From assembly GCF_009914755.1 (NCBI RefSeq), contig NC_060932.1: a stretch of DNA of 64,000 bases. One strand, 5' to 3'. This DNA comes from the human T2T-CHM13v2.0 reference genome, Homo sapiens. The position numbers and the translations under genes were made by a program. The notes beneath the pieces were generated by a model. It saw nothing but the letters and a program-made list of their open reading frames with translations. It was not told the DNA's origin and did no database searches. Of this stretch, positions 41,558 to 55,534 are shown one piece after another. Each line of letters starts with the position of its first letter. Position 1 is the first letter of the stretch.

Positions 41558-44082
41558 GATCCATGTTAGTTTGAGCAAGTCACTTAACCTCTCTAAGTCT
41601 CCATTGCTTCAATTGCAAAATAGGGTAATACATTGAGGGTCAAATGAAATACATTTGTTACATACTTGTACTCAATAAATACTACTATTATAACAGTTAT
41701 TAGGTCAGTAACCCCTCTTGAGGTACCCAAAGTGTGATAGAAGTAAGCGACAGAAAACAATCACATTACCCTGAGAGCCATACTACAGAGCACACGGCAA
41801 AAGCTGTGCAGTGGTTAAGTCAAGGAGATGTTCTTTCTGCTATGATACAGTGTCCACTTCTCTCCATCATCTCCACCAGGTAAAGCAAGATTGCCACTGG
41901 TTTTGTAGGCTGGGAAATATTGGTATATCCAATTAATCGACAGTGGCTTTGATCAGGACCAACATATATTTTAGTGCATTTACACTGCAGTCTAGCAATT
42001 TTTGGTTTATGCAGTGTGTGTCTTCATCTATAACTGCATAAATGCAGCACAGCATTGTTTGCTTTGCTTTGAGGGTTCTGAAGGGCTATTGACCACTGGC
42101 CCTGTTTTAACTTGAACTACAAATGTCCTAAGTGTGTGACACCAAAGGTGACTCCGTCCTGAGAGCTCTGGGCATTCTGTAATTAGAAGAGAACTTTGAA
42201 ATTGCACCTCCAGCTGCTACAAAATTAGAATTCTGCTATTTGGAGCTGACAGGTAGCCACAGTCGACTGCTGATTCACAGACTGTGATTCATTGAAAACG
42301 CCAATTCTGTCTTCCTGGATTTGTGAGATGCCTCGTATACCTCTGCCAAGTTAATTTTCTTAATGTGAAAAGGGTGTGTGAGTTTCTGAACTCAGCTTGC
42401 CTTGAGATCTTGACAAAAGGTCACCCCAAGTATAATCTGTTTTCATCTGTATTTCCACCCCAAATCAGCCACAGCTCAAGTTGGAAGATTTAAAGGGGAG
42501 AGTCTGGCAAGTCATGGACTGAGCTAGTTTAAGAAACCCCAGAGGAAATTTCCATTCAGAGCATGCTTTATAGGAACCACGTGGGTAGGTTTTCTCCAGT
42601 TAGAGTGAGATGCTGAAGGTTTCCAAGACAGAGCCCGGGAGGTCTCCACTTTCTAGCCACAAACCATGCACTGACGACACAAGCAGCTTTATTGTATATG
42701 TTTTCATTAAAATTGTATGATTTACAAACAAGCACAAATACACAAGTAAGTCATTTCTATTTCTATTTCTCCACTTCTCTGAGAAGTAACCACTAGTGTT
42801 GTGCCTACATTTAAAAAAAAGGAACTTCTTAAATGAATATAATTATGTCTTTTTTATTTCTTTCTGTGCCAGAGAAAGACACTGAAGGAATTAAATCAGC
42901 TTGTCCAGCAGCAAGCTTCAGAGCCAAATATAAGCACACCTCATAATTCAGAGACCTCGTGATGGGTCCTCAGAAGACACACCCAGCAGCTGCCAAATGA
43001 ACAGCAGATGACGGAAAGGGGCCCTTGGCCTGATCTCTCATGGGAGACAGTGACCTTTCCTGAGTTGAAGATGGTGAAATGCCAGAAGGAGCTGATGAGG
43101 CTGTCCCACACACTGACACTGCTATGATATCATGATTGAATTTCACTTTTTTCTCCCACCATAATGTAATTTCTGGGCAGTGATTGGGGTGTTGATTCAT
43201 AAACACCCCTTACTGTTCTGCATTGGATTAATCATGATGTACTGTCTTTTTCTCACTATTTACAAAGTACAGCACCATGAGAATCCCTGAATTTTAGAAT
43301 AAGTTTCTCTCCACTGGAATATAACACATATTTTGGGTTCTTTGCCTGGACTGGTCATTTCTTTCTTTTACTAATTGTTGTGAAAGAATGACAGAGATGT
43401 ACAACATGGTTTTTGAATGGATGCTGAGTTTAACTCTCCCGCTTACCAGAGATAAAGTTGGCCATACACACACGTCTCTTATATAAGAGTTTATTCATTG
43501 GCAGACACTTTGATGATGACATTGAGTTAGATGAAATACTGGTTCCAGTTTGTAGCACTTTATGAATTTTCATGTAAAGTGATCATTCAATTTAAGGTTT
43601 CTGCACACATCTTACAAAGCATATCTGTTTATCAGAGCTCATTTACTTAAGAGGATTAAAATGAAATCTCTCCTCATGAGCCAAGGGTGAAATAGCTAGT
43701 GTCCGCTCCTAAATATGTGAACTAATATGTTTTTCCATGGGCAAGCAAGATTTTGTTTTTCTCCTATTTTTCTTCTTCAGAAGGAAATGATTAAAATATT
43801 AATAACACAAAAATAAATATACATTATAAAACTCAAAAAAATAAGGATTTTTATTGGAGTAAAGTTTTTAGTGGAGTAAATTATACAATATTAAAAAAGC
43901 AATGGAATTTAAAAGCATGCCATTTTTAAGTTTCCCTTTATTAATACATTAGCATACACAAAATCTCAATTAAAAATTGCTTTAAAAGATACTAAGTGCC
44001 ATTCAACTCTTATTCTTTTATCATCTTCAAAATAGCTGTTTAAATCTATATTTATACAAAATAGCTGTTTAAAAAATATCTT

Positions 44083-44633
44083 TTTTTAATTTTTTTCATT
44101 TTTTTTCATTACAAGTACCTTTTTTTATTTATTTTTTATTATTATTATAAGTTTTAGGGTACATGTGCACAATGTGCAGGTTTGTTACATATGTATACAT
44201 GTGCCTTGCTGGTGCGCTGCACCCATTAACTCGTCATTTAGCATTAGGTATATCTCCTAATGCTATCCCTCCCCCCTCCCCCCACCCCACAACAGTCCCC
44301 AAAGTGTGATGTTCCCCTTCCTGTGTCCATGTGTTCTCATTGTTCAATTCCCACCTATGAGTGAGAATATGCGGTGTTTGGTTTTTTGTCCTTGCAATAG
44401 TTTACTGAGAATGATGATTTCCAATTTCATCCATGTCCCTACAAATGACATGAACTCATCATTTTTTATGGCTGCATAGTATTCCATGGTGTATATGTGC
44501 CACATTTTCTTAATCCAGTCTATCATTTTTGGACATTTGGGTTGGTTCCAAGTCTTTGCCATTGTGAATAGTGCTGCAATAAACAAACGTGTGCATGTGT
44601 CTTTATAGCAGCATGATTTATAGTCCTTTGGGT
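44083..44633 (-). mobile_element. Heavily 5'-truncated L1PA3-like LINE-1
   Basis: Antisense L1 3' end; TSD TTAAAAAAWATCTT at 44069-44082 and 44633-44646; TT/AAGA endonuclease site on the minus strand. Confidence 0.94.
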
Positions 44634-44649
44634 TAAAAAAAATCTTAAT

Positions 44650-45215
44650 AGAGTTTATATTTTAGAGAAGTTTTAGATTTGCAGAACAATTATGCAGAAA
44701 GTATAGAGAATTCCTATATACTTTCCCCCACCCACACACATGGTTTCCCTATTATTAACATCTTGCACTAGTGTAGTACATTTGTTGCAATTGATGAACC
44801 AATATCAGTACGTGATTATTAATGGAGTCCATACCATAGTTTACGTTGTGGTTCACTCTCTGTGTTGCACATTGTGTAGGTTTTGACAAACGTTGCAATG
44901 CCATGTATCCACCATGACAGTCCCATACAGAATAGTTTCACTGTCCTAAAAATCACCTGGGCTCCACCTATTTATCCCTTCCCCGAGCCGACCGGTGCCA
45001 CGAACCACTGGCAACACTGACCTTTTTACTGTTGCTATAGCTTTACCTTTTAAAGAATATCTTTAAGTTGGAGTGACACAGCATGTTGCTTCTTCAGATG
45101 TTTTTTTCACTTAGCAAAATGCACTTAAAGTTCCTTTATATATTTTTGTGGCTTGATAGCACATTTTCTTTTGTAGCTAAATAATATTCCATTGTCTGGA
45201 TGTACCATAGTTTGT
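44650..45215 (-). mobile_element. L1MC-type 3' region
   Basis: CCCTATTATTAACATCTTGCACTAGTGTAGTACATTTGTTGCAATTGATGAACCAATAT...AATAATATTCCATTGTCTGGATGTACCA. Confidence 0.75.
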
Positions 45216-47809
45216 ACAAAACAACATTTTTATTGTGAAATAGTCATATAACAACAGTATTTAAGTGTATTATATGTAGATTAGCATTACCCTATTTCTG
45301 TGATGTGACACGTTGTGTTTATTCTTATTTCATAACCTCTATGAACAAATAGGTTCTTCTGTGAGGAGAGGCCTTTCCCAGGAGCTGACTGCAGCTACCA
45401 TCCCTGGAGATCACAAGTTTCTCTCTTCTCTCCTTTGACTTTTCCACCAGAGTTTACTGATGTGGCCAAATTCTCCCAGGCAAGTCCCTGAAACTCAGCC
45501 TTCCCATTGGCTTTGCACCCTGGTTTCCTCCTCCATTTCCACATGAATCTCGGGACGATTCCACATCCTACCTATATTGCTGTCACCAGAGAGGGTCCAG
45601 ATATCCAAACTCATAAGTTGCTTTACAACTAGCATCTTTTCCTGGGAGCCTCTTTTCTTTCCAGGTGCCCTCTCTTCTGTTTTTGTGCCTATCCCGCCAC
45701 CAGTCCGCAGCCTGTGAGCTCCTTTTACATCCTCTGCCTGCCTTCCGCAGTGGTGATCATTCCCAGGAACCCACTGCCAGCTCCCCTCTCATTCTCTCAG
45801 CTTCGCGTATGTGCTGAAGACCGACTTTGCCAGGCCACTGGACAAGATAGTGGTCCTAAAGAGGAATACGATGCAGTGAGTCATCTCGAGCAGTTTTCAG
45901 ACAAACGACAGAAAAGAGAGCTAGCCTCTGCATTTTCATGCAATCCATGGTCTTCAACTGTTACTCTGAGAGTCTATCATTATTCCAAACTCTCGCATTA
46001 TCTTGACTGGATAGCACTCAACACAATACCTTTCGTATGGGGTCTTCTGAGGCTTTAAAGTCTTCACCTTCTTTCCACTTACCCTGGATATCTGCCTCTC
46101 TCTGACTGGCTGCATTAAATTACCAAATAGAGATTTGGTAACATCCCTACCTGCAGATGATCTCCTGGCGAGGCCTCTCACCTGTCTCTCCACTGCTCTA
46201 CTTCAGACCTCTTTACCTCATGGCATGGCACCATCCTGCCAATAGTCCCTCCAAAACAGCTACCAAACTGTCACCAAGGGAATCTTAATTAGTGCCTAAT
46301 TTTCCATCCCATAACAATCATGAGCACAGGACAGGGCGATGTGTGTAGAAGTTGGAGTCAGTGTGGCTTCACTAAGCAGCCTCTCACCTTTTTCCTCATA
46401 ACTTCACCCTGCTGGCCCCTAAACCATCACCCCAGTATGACCACGTCCATATTCCTCCCTAAGTCAAGCACCAAGGGTCAGAGCCCAGACAGTTACTTGG
46501 CTGACCCCTCGTGGCCCACATCACAAACATCATTCAGCCTTTTCCAAAGCCTTTTCCTTTTCCAGAAAGTCAAGAGTCTAAAATCATCACAGCAAACATC
46601 CTGAGGCATCTCACTGGCCATTAAACCATTGTCTTTGCAGTTTAGACTGTGTTTCTTTACTCTATTAAATACACTTCCCTTACTCCTTCCATCTCAGAGT
46701 GTGGTGGATATAGAAACATGCACACATGCACGATCCAACGAATAAAGATAAACCAGGGGTTCATAGAGGATGCATAACAGTCCATTACTTATTTATGCAA
46801 AGTAACTAAACCATGGTGAGGGGTCTTTTCCTTCCTGGCACAGTACTCTTTCTGTATTAGAGTCACATGTCTGCAGAAGTCTGCTCCAAATTCTCTCAAT
46901 ATTGCCTGCTTTGCAACCCTTTAGGCTCAAATCATTCTGCCCCATTGCCACACTGATGCTCCTCTGACAATTCCTTATAATCCTTTCCAAGTTAGGTGTA
47001 AAGTCAAGTATAAGAGATATGAGTTTCTTACAGAGGTTTGTCTGTCGTACAGGATTTCATTTTTTTTGTTATTGCTTGGTAATTGTTTTATATGAAAACA
47101 TTTTCTTTTTTGTTTCTCCCTGCCTGTTCTCTGAGTTGAAGCCTCTAAAATTATATTGAAACTTTCCCATCTTGAGAGATATAGGTTTCCAAAAAATAAC
47201 AGCACACCTATAGCATTTTACCTGCTGAAACATCAATGCTAAGGGAATTTAGCAATTGACGACTTGCTGGGCAATTTAGCCCCATTTTAATCCTGTAGTA
47301 GGTTGGGAGGCAGTGCAAGAGCCACTTATGGAAAAAGCAGACATGAGGGTACTTGCTGGTAACATAGGGAAAAGGTTACTATGCTTTTACATGTGAGATA
47401 TCTGTCATCCTATTATGTTTTAAAAAAACCAATTAGGATAAAAAGGCAATTAGTACTTAGCTGCCTACATTGAGAGTTACCATGAGCAGACAAATTATTG
47501 CCTTTGAAAATATTGATTGTCAAGAAACATCATCATCTTACCAAATATGTATGTGCATATGGGAGCATTACTGTATCAGCATTCATTTAATTGAAAGCAA
47601 TCTCATCATTATTCATTGATATATACTCTTAAATGTGGGTAATTACTTTCTCAGCAAGAGTTCATTATGAGGTATATACAAATTATCATTCCTTTAAATA
47701 TAGGGGGATATGTAGGATTCAAAACTGAGGTGAAGCTGCTTCTTAGTGCATTCTCAGTGTAAGATGCAGCTTTGGAGGGCTTTATGAGGAATTTTAAAAG
47801 TGGCCTTTA

Positions 47810-47854
47810 CTACAGCTGCAAATGCATGAATGTGTCATGCATTTGTAGCTGTAG
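47810..47854. other. Near-perfect hairpin/palindrome with a 20-bp stem and 5-nt loop
   Basis: CTACAGCTGCAAATGCATGA-ATGTG-TCATGCATTTGTAGCTGTAG, with one G-T pair. Confidence 0.9.
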
Positions 47855-48594
47855 AATTATTAAACACTTGCTCCAGTTGGAATTGCTGTTGTTTGCCATT
47901 ATCTGGTTAGTATAAGCATTTTAGAGTAACATTAGGGCTTTGGTAGTTTTTATGCCTAGGTATTAGAATACTCCAGTTGTGAGTTTTGCCTCCTTGGAGT
48001 TGTTTCTTGAAGGGGAACAAAGACAGTTTTTGTCAAGCACTTTGAAGCTTCAGTCTAACCTTGCACAGTCCTTACTTGGTAAACAGCCCTGAAAGAAGCT
48101 GTTTAAAGTTGTGAAAACATATCAGAAGCAGAACTTCCTTTTTTCTTAATTTAAGAGAAAATTAGGAAAGTCTGGAAATGAGATTTGCCAGAGGAGATAT
48201 CTTATGAACCCTGACTTTACATCCCACTGAAAAACTATGATAGAGTTTAATAAACCAAACCTATTAGTTACCATCTGCACACGAGAGGAGAGAGAATTTC
48301 TACTATCTGTAATAAAAAAACTAATTTATTTAGATCTCCTGTTGTGTTCTGAGATTGCTTTCCATAGATTTGGGGGAGTTTCATAGTTCACAAAAAGAGA
48401 ATATAAATTTCTGCTTAGGAATTCAGTGCAGCAATATCTAGAGGAATGTTCCAGCATTTCTTTCTATTCTTTTGTCTTAAAACATCCTCTTAGTATATTG
48501 CAAAAGTAATGACCTTGGAAAACCATTTTTTTCCTATGAAAAGAGGATATATGAACATCTCCAGACTGTCACAAAGCAAAAATAAATCAAAGCT

Positions 48595-49676
48595 TGTTGT
48601 GGGAAGTCAGGGACCCCAAATGGAGGGACCTGCTGAAGCCATGGCAGAAGAACATAAATTGTGAAGATTTCATGGACATTTGTTAGTTCCCCAAATTAAT
48701 ACTTTTATAATTTCTTACGCCTGTCTTTACTGCAATCTCTGAACATAAATTATGAAGATTTCATGGACATTTATCACTTCCCCAATCAATACTCTTATAA
48801 TTTCCTATGCCTGTCTTTACTTTAATCTCTTAATCCCATCATCTTCATAAGCTGAGGATGTATGTCACCTCAGGACCCTGTGATGATCACGTTATCTGCA
48901 CAAATTGTTGGTAAAGCATGTGTGTTTGAACAATATGAAATCTGGGCACCTTGAAAAGAACAGGATAACAGCAAATTTCAGGGAACAAGGAGATAAATAA
49001 CCATAAGGCCTGACTGCCTGCAGGGCTGGGCAAAACAGACTCATATTTCTCTTCTTTCAGAAAGCGAATAGGAGAAATATCGCTGAATTCTTTTCTCAGC
49101 AAAGAATAACCCTGGGAAACAAATGCATTCCCAGGGGGAGGTCTCTAAAATGGCGGCTCGGGAGTGTCTGTCTTATGCAGTTGTGGATAAGGGATGAAAT
49201 ATGCCCTGGCTCCCACAGTGCCCCCAGGCTTGCTAGGATTAGGAAATTCCAGCCTGGCAAATACTAGTCAGACCGGTTCTCTGCTCTTGAATCCTGTTTC
49301 CTGTTAAGATGTTTATCAATGACAATGTGTGCCCAGCAGGACATGGACATTCATCAGTAATTCTAGTTTTGCCCTGGCCTTGTGATCTCACTCTGCCTCT
49401 CTGCCCTTGTGATATTTTATTGCCTTTGAAGCATGCGATCTCTGTGACCCACTCCCTATTTGTACACCCCTCCCGTTTTGAAATCCCTAATAAAAACTTG
49501 CTGGTTTTGCCACTCAAGGGGCATCACAGAACCTGCTGACATGTGATGTCACCCCCAGAGACCCAGCTGTAAAATTTCTCTTTTGTACTCTTTCTCTTTA
49601 TTCCTCAGACTGGCCGACACTTACGGAAAATAGAAAAGAACCTATGTTGAAATATTGGGGTCTGGTTCCCCCGATA
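48595..49676 (+). mobile_element. MER11 (B/C-like) solo LTR of HERV-K11/HML-8
   Basis: TGTTGTGGGAAGTCAGGGACCCC...GGTTCCCCCGATA, 1082 bp, with an internal ~90-bp repeat and AATAAA. Perfect 6-bp TSD AAAGCT at 48589-48594 and 49677-49682. Confidence 0.95.
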
Positions 49677-51931
49677 AAAGCTCATTTTTTCACAGAATAT
49701 ACCATGGTAATTGAAAATAAACATCATTAGACATATTTCCTTTCTCTGTTTCCTTAAATATACAGCCCCTGACCTCCAGTAGCCTAAAATTTGAAATAAT
49801 ATAGACATTAGAGAATTTTTTTTTCAAAAACTATATGGGAGGTGACGATGTCACACTTTCAGAAGAAGCTCTAGAATCTTACTATGATGTCTTCACAACT
49901 TTGCTTTCTCTGTGATATGCTCTGGTGACTGATTGCTTTATCTCTATTATTGAGCTCTGTGTTGACTACAAAACCCATTGATAAGAGAGACAACAAGTCA
50001 TGTTTAAGTGGCTAACAGGCCTTTTGAATAGAATAGCTAGTTTTTATAAACTCATTGGGTGTTCTAAGAATTCTTTCTGCCAGTTGAAACAAAATTTGTT
50101 ACTTTCAAAAAACTTTGGAGGAATGTAGCTCACAGGTCAATTATTTAACATATTTTAAAAAAACCATCCTTTGGTGTTTTCCTTTGTAAGAATTAGGGTC
50201 TGCTAGAAGGGGACACAATATTATTACAATTTTAAAGTGGGAAAAAGAATCCCACAAATATTCAGTACTGTATAAATGAACAGCAGGCAGGTAAAAAACA
50301 AACAATCAAACAAAGAAGAGATCAAACAAAATAGGCTAGAATTCTGTGTAGGGAATGAATAGGTTTCATTAAAAGCCTCCAAACTAAACTCCTCAAAACA
50401 TGCAAAGTGGAAGTTATCATAGGTGTCCACCAGAAGGCTGTGACTGGGAAAGCTGTGCTGGGACTCACATGTCCACCTTGCCTCTCACCACACCTCGGCT
50501 CTCTGCCCTCTCCAGCCCTGCAGGGAGCTTATCCTGTCCAACAGGAAATGGCCAAGGACTTGTGATAGAGTGAGAGAGACTAAACTTAGGAGGAAAAGTC
50601 AAGATCCAGGACAAAAACCGCGTTTTTGTAATTAAAGTAGCCAGAACTTGAAGAGAAGAAATGGCTTATCCAAGATTGTACAACCATTTTTTTGATGGTT
50701 AGTGAGACGGATAATTTTTGACAAGTATTCTTGGGGGTAGCAATTTTAATTTCTTTGTGGAATCTGAGGAAGAATTTCAATCCTTCTGCTCGGTCTATAA
50801 AGCATAGGCCATTGTATTCAGCATGAGAGTGATAATCTCTGAAACTTAACCTTCCACTCATGTATTCATTACTTAGTCTCTTAGCACTGTATGGGCAAGA
50901 AGGATATAAAGATAAGAAATGCTTAAAAGTTGTGGAAAAATAGATTATAAAACTTTTATCCATTTATTTAACCAAAATTTATTGAACATGTATTATGCGC
51001 CAGGCTCTGATGTAGGCACTGAAATGAAATCTTGGACAAGACAATAAAGATGTCTAATTATTTTTGATCTTATTTTCTATTAGAGAGAAATACCAATAAG
51101 CAAAAAAACCCTACAACCTAAAAGTACCAGCATGGAGATTAGCGCTAAGACAAAACCACATGGTTGTGAATTGGAGGGAGGTGGAAATCTCCAGTTCTTT
51201 GGATTAAGGGGCTGTGTTTCTCTGGAGAGGTGACCTTTTGAGCTAAGGAGGCCAGGAGGATGGGCTTTTCTGGGGCAGCACCGGCCCAGATGGAGTCTCC
51301 AGCTCCTTGTACCATCCACACAGCTACCTCCAATTACTTTTCCACAGATAAATTAATGACCTGATCATTGCAGTAAAGAGACTGGAATATGTCTGTTAGT
51401 GGTAAACCCTTGCGCACCCTCTCCACAACCATGACCTTAGACCATGGTCTTCAAACTGACACACTTGCTCCAGGCTTATCACAATTGTCTCCTACATAAG
51501 GGCTCTCCCTTCAATACAATCATTTTAGGGTGACAGATGAAATTCTCTCAGTCTCTTACTGCTCTAAAACACATAATACTTTACAGTAGCCTAAACCCAA
51601 CTTCTTAGTCTCTCACTCAAGTTCTTCCTCAGGCAGATTTCCAACATCAACCTTATTTTTGACCTGGCCACTCTCCTATCTAGCAGGCAGCGATATTGCT
51701 GTCTCCCCAAGTCCCACATTTATCCATCTCTGTGGTTTGGATTTTGTCATCTTTTCTACCCATAATACGTTCATCTCTCATTTCCATATCAAAATCTTTC
51801 CCATTGCTTAAAATTTAGCTCAAATTCCACCAACTTTATAGACTATTCTCCAGTCACTCCACTGACTTGGAAACCTGGTTATACCACTGATAAATTTTTA
51901 TTTATTATTTTTTATTTTAGAAATTCTGCTA

Positions 51932-52515
51932 TGACTTTTCACACATTTCTAAGATATAGAATCCACCTAAATGTCCATCAACACACTAGTGGATAAAGAA
52001 AATGAGTGTATATATATAACAGGGCATACTATTTAGTTATGTAAAAAAAATTCTGTCATTTATGGCCACATGAATAAGTAAAATAGGTCAGGTACAGAAA
52101 GACAAATACTGCATGTTCTCATTCAAATGTGGGAGCTAAAAAAAGTTGGAGCTCATGGAAGTAGAGAGTAGAATTGTAGTTAGTAGAGCCTGGGAGCAGG
52201 GGAAGGATGAAGAGTGGTTGGTTAATGGACACATAATTATAGCTATTAATAGATAGGAAGAATGGGTCTTAGTTTTCCACAGCCTGCAGCAATGTAGGGT
52301 AAATACGGTTGACTATAATTTGTTGTATATTCTCAAAAAGCTAGAAGGGAGGATTTTGAATATTCACAGCATAAAGAAATGACAAATGTTTGAGGTGATA
52401 GATATGCTAATTACCCCAATTTGATCATTACACATTATATACACATATCAAAATATCACTCTGTGTCCCAGAAATATGTATAATTATTACATGTCAACTA
52501 AAAGTAAAAATAATA
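51932..52515 (+). mobile_element. 5'-truncated L1MA-type element
   Basis: AAATGTCCATCAAC...GACAAATACTGCATGTTCTCA...TTGATCATTACACATT, then an A tail; TSD AAATTCTGCTA at 51921-51931 and 52516-52526. Confidence 0.88.
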
Positions 52516-54394
52516 AAATTCTGCTAGGATAGAACTCTGGAATGTGTGTTAAAAAGAAATCTTCCCAGGTGAATCTGAGGGTGCTCAAAATGCTAGAATG
52601 CCTGTGGCTATAATGTGAATAGACTTTTTGGCAGTTTATTTATTATGAGCCTGTGACCCTGGAATAAACATCTTCCTGGGACTGCCATGGTGCCCCTCTG
52701 CCATAGATTTTATATTCGACAGTACTTCGGATGAGACAGGCTTATGCTGCTGATTTAAACCTGCCATATCTGTTGGTGATGGAGGCCATTCAAGAGCTAC
52801 TAGCTGCTGCAAGAACAATAGATTATCATCATCTCCTTTCAGAGCTCAATGTTTTCCAGAAATAATTGAAGGTATTTTCCTGGAGTCAGTTGTGAGAATG
52901 GAAACCGATGTGAATTATAGCGTGCTCAAATCATAATAGGTTATATTTCCTGAACAAAGATGGGGAAAATAAAGCATTACTGCATATGGAGAAAACAACC
53001 AACTTTTGACACTTAATTTCTTTCTTCCTGAAAAATGGTAACTCCTTCTGTTTCTAAATTACAGTATACAAATTGATAAGCAACTTCCTAGAGCAAATAC
53101 ATTCTGAATTTCCCATCACTGAAGTTTCACAACAATCTAATAAAAATCTAAAAGAGCACGGAAGCAAACCATTAAGAGTTATGTGTGGGCCAACATCCTG
53201 GTTTCTTGTTCATCTCATCTTGAGTGCTTTTTGGCCTTGTGCCAGCCATATAAGGACTCTGATGTGGTCAGTTGGCTGAGTAGCTACTTGATTACAAGAC
53301 CTAAGAATGGATTCTGAGGCTACAAGACTTAGATGGAGTTGGCCTGTTCTACAGCAGCCAGAGTCACAAGCCAGACTGTTCACTAGCCTTGTTCTTTAAA
53401 GGAGGTAGGTGATGGTGTGATGTCAATGCAAAGCCACCCCAATAGCGTAAAATCAGGAGAGCTAGGAGGGCTCAAACCATAATGGAAGGCCATCTGCTTA
53501 TGCGCTCGTAAGGTCAGTGACCTATAATTCCTAGGACACTCTCCACCCCAGCAGCCCTCCCTTGGTCCTCCATTCTTGCCAAAATGCTCTTTCATCCCCT
53601 GACTCTTAATGCCTTATGTTTAGTGGTTTACTTGGCCTCAGCATCATTTTAAGTCCCAGGCCTTTTTAAATGTCCTCAGCTCTAGTCAAAACATGCCTAT
53701 CTATTCACTTACACGGAACAAAAGCTCCACATTTTGATTTGTGACAAGTAACCCAAGGGATCAACTAGAGGTGAAATGAAAAGCTTCGTGTATAACTTTT
53801 CAGGCAACTTCAACTATTAACAGAGAAAGTTCAGATCCAAAAAGCAGGATGGGAATTTCAGGGACAGGGCCTCTAAAGGAGTTTCACTTTATGAGGATTT
53901 CAGGACTATCCTTTAGATTGGACTTCTCTGAAGTTATACCATGTAGGCAGGCACACATTTGTTCTGCATATACATAAGGTCAATAATGGACAGCACATTT
54001 CCATCACTACAGGCAAAAATCCAGATTCAACATGATTTTTGAAAAATTGCAGGATTAAGTTCCAACCAATAATCTAAATTTAAACAAGTTAGTTGTAAGA
54101 CTGAAAATATTTTCAAAAATCAAACTGCACAAAATAGGATGATCTAGAAACAAGTTTAGAAATATTACTGTGAAGGGAGAAGAGAGGGAGAGGACAAGGT
54201 ATGAAGGCTTTATGTGACCAAAAGAAGGTTCAGGGAGTTCTGTTGTACACATGGGGTTTTCACCTTAGTTATGTTAAGCTAGGTGCATTAAATGTTGTAT
54301 GGAGATTTCTCCTTTGTTTCAAATTAAAACTATTCTATCTTTGAAACTATAAATTGTGTGAGGCCATGACCAACAATAAGATATAAAGATGTGG

Positions 54395-54703
54395 GGCTGG
54401 GCATGGTGACTCATGCCTGTAATTCCAGCACTTTGGGAGGCCGAGGTGGGAAAATCATTTGAGGTCAGGAGTTTGAGACCAGTCTGACCAACATGGTGAA
54501 ACAACATCTCTACTAAAATTGCAAAAAAAAAAAAATTAGCCAGGTGTGGTGGTACACATGTGTAGTCCTAGCTACTTGGGAGGCTGAGGCAGGAGAATTG
54601 CTTGAACTTGAGAGGCGGAGGTTATAGTGAGCCAAGATTTTGCCATGGCACTCTAGCCTGGGCAACAGAGTAAGACTAAGTCTCAAAAAAAAAAAAAAAA
54701 AAA
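54395..54703 (+). mobile_element. AluS
   Basis: Sense Alu with poly-A; TSD AAAGATGTG at 54385-54393 and 54704-54712. Confidence 0.94.
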
Positions 54704-54769
54704 AAAGATGTGAAGATGTAAAGAGGCTCATAAAAAGGCCTTGAGCTCACAAAAGACATCATTCTCATG

Positions 54770-55262
54770 AATCTCATGCCCTGAGGGAAGCCAACTGCCA
54801 TGTCATGAGGACACTCAAGCATCCCCGTGGTAAGGCCAACACACAACTACCACCAATTTGCCAGGAATGCAGGTGAATTATCTTGGACTTGAATCTGCCA
54901 GCCCCATTCAAGTCTTCAGATTATTTAATCCCTGGCTTGACTACGCATTTAGGAGAGATCTTGAGCCAGAATCACCCAGTTTAGCAGCTCTTTAATTACT
55001 GACACACAGACCTGATAAGGCAATTAATGTTTACTCTTTTAAGCAACTAAGGGTTTTTTGTTTGTTTTCTTTATTACTCTTTTTTTTTGAGGCAGGGTCT
55101 CACTTTACAGCAGCCCAGGCTGGAATGCAGTGGTGTGATCGTAGCTTGCTGTAACCTTCAACCTCTGGACTCAGAGGACCCTCCCAACTTAGCCTTCTGA
55201 GTAGCTGGTACTACAGGCCCACCACATCTGGCCTAAGCAAATAAGTTTTTGAAGTAATTTAT
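54770..55262 (+). mobile_element. MLT1F/E-like MaLR LTR containing an antisense FRAM/AluJ monomer (about 55052-55233)
   Basis: GGGAAGCCAACTGCCATGTCATGAGGACACTCAAGC...CTTGAGCCAGAATCACCCAG; the monomer is flanked by TAAGCAACTAAG and TAAGCAAATAAG. Confidence 0.75.
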
Positions 55263-55534
55263 ATGGATGAAAAGAAAGTCTAAAGAAGCATGGCTGTGGA
55301 AAGTAGAGGAGCGATGGGAAGGAGGTTGACTAAAAGAAGGTTTTTTATTTGTTTTAGGAAAAAATTATTTATAGATTTTTCAATAGAATAATTTACATTC
55401 AATAAGTATGTTGACTATAAATTAATTTCATATATTTTAAAGCAACTCTTTCCAACTATTTTTGAGATAGTACATGTACTAGGAAAGAATGGAATTGTAT
55501 TTTTTGAATGCGTTTTACCATTCAGAAACTTTTA

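Noticed and set aside
48650-48822. ~90-bp direct repeat
   Set aside because: An intrinsic feature of the MER11 LTR.
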